Assembly (NCBI GenBank): GCA_030390025.1
Contig: CM059432.1
Span: forward strand, 62,064,001-62,128,000
DNA length: 64,000 bases
Source: Squalus acanthias
Lineage: Eukaryota
Direction of reading: 5' to 3'
The notes under the pieces are model-generated. The model was not told the origin of the DNA. It did not search any database and saw only the letters and a list, made by a program, of their open reading frames with translations. The position numbers were made by a program, and so were the translations under genes. Positions 62,662-64,000 of the stretch are shown here, piece by piece (the first letter of the stretch is position 1; every line of letters begins with the position of its first letter).

Positions 62662-64000
62662 TACATAAGAACATAAGAAATAGGAGCAGGAGTAGGCCAT
62701 TCGGCCCTTCGAGCCTGCTCCGCCATTCAATGAGATCATGGCTGATCTTCTGCCTCAACTCTATTCACTGGCCCTATCGCCATATCCCTTGATGCCTTTA
62801 CTAGTCAGAAATCTATCGACTTCTGTTTTGAATATATCCAATGACTGAGCCTCCACAGCCCTCTGGGGTAGAGAATTCCAAATATTCACCACCCTCTGTG
62901 TGAAGAAATTTCTTCTCATCTCAGTCCTGAATGGCCTACCCTTTATCCTGAGGCTGTGGCCCATGGTTCTAGACTCCCCAGCCAAGGGAAACATTCTCCC
63001 AACATCCACCCTATCAAGCCCTGTAATAATTTTGTATGCTTCAATGAGATCCCCTCTCATTCTTCTGAATTCAAGAGAATACAGGCCTAGTTTACTCAAT
63101 CTCTTCTCATACGACAGTCCCGCCATCCCAGGAATCAATCTCGTGAACCTTCGTTGCACTCCCTCTATGGCAAGTATATCCTTCCTTAGGTAAGGAGTCC
63201 AAAATTGTACACAGTACTCCAGGTGTGGTCTCACCAAGGCCCTATATAATTGGAGTAAGACTTCTTTACTCCTGTACTCAAATCCTCTTGTAATGAAGGC
63301 CAACATACCATTTGCCTTCCTAATGGCTTGCTGCACCTGCACATTCACTTTCAGTGACTCATGTACAAGGACACCCAGGTCCCTTTGAGCATCTGCATTC
63401 CCCAATCTTTCGCCATTTAGGAAATACTCTGCCTTTCTGTTTTTTTTACCAAAGTGGATAACTTCACATTTATCCACATTATATTCCATCTGCCATGTTC
63501 TCGCCCACTCACTGAGCCTGTCGAGATCCCCTTAAAGCCTCTTCACATCTGACACTGCCACCTAGCTTTGTATCATCAGCAAATTTGTAAATGTTACATT
63601 TAGTCCCCTCATCCAAATCATTGATATAGATTGTGAATAGCTGGGGCCCAAGCACCGATCCTTGCGGTACCCCACTAGTCACAGCCTGCCATCCTGAAAA
63701 AGACCCGTTTATCCCTACTCTTTGTTTTCTGTCTGTTAATCAATTCTCAATCCATGCTAGTATATTACCCCCAATTCCATGTGCCCTAATTTTGTTCACC
63801 AGCCTCTTGTGTGGAACCTTATTGAAGGCCTTCTGAAAATCCAGATACACCACATCTACCGGTTCCCCTTTGTCTACTCCACTAATTACATCCTCAAAGA
63901 ACTCCAATAGGTTTGTCAAACAGGATTTCCCTTTCATAAATCCATGTTGACTCTGCCCAATCTTACTATTAGTTTCTAAGTGCCCAGTTATTGCATCATT
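62662..64000 (-). mobile_element. CR1 LINE 3' part, running off the window
   Basis: 242-aa C-terminal ORF, KSCLTNLLEFFE, ttcttatg tail. Confidence 0.92.

Overview
Vertebrate, not prokaryotic, genomic DNA, most likely from a cartilaginous fish (shark): it carries HE1-type and SacSINE1-type SINEs and HER1-like CR1 LINEs. The window lies almost entirely in the introns of a + strand gene I recognise as SPIDR (scaffold protein involved in DNA repair). Only two coding exons are visible (32558-32813 and 41297-41397), and the first has an apparent 1-nt frameshift just before its donor. The rest is densely nested mobile DNA: CR1 LINEs (one with an uninterrupted 978-aa ORF2), a second LINE family whose near-complete copy begins with a tRNA-like head, L2 and RTE fragments, Penelope elements, Deu-SINEs, a decayed Harbinger transposase with related MITEs, a Tigger-like MITE, a 34-bp minisatellite and two long hairpins. 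Most notable: (1) a minimal hammerhead ribozyme in the Penelope terminal repeat, plus a 163-bp fold-back insert with a 12-bp target duplication whose arms join exactly at the predicted cleavage site; (2) the tRNA-headed, ORF1-less LINE; (3) the SPIDR frameshift and an exon arrangement favouring circular RNA. Family names come from recognising motifs, not from database searches. Boundaries of degraded repeats are approximate.
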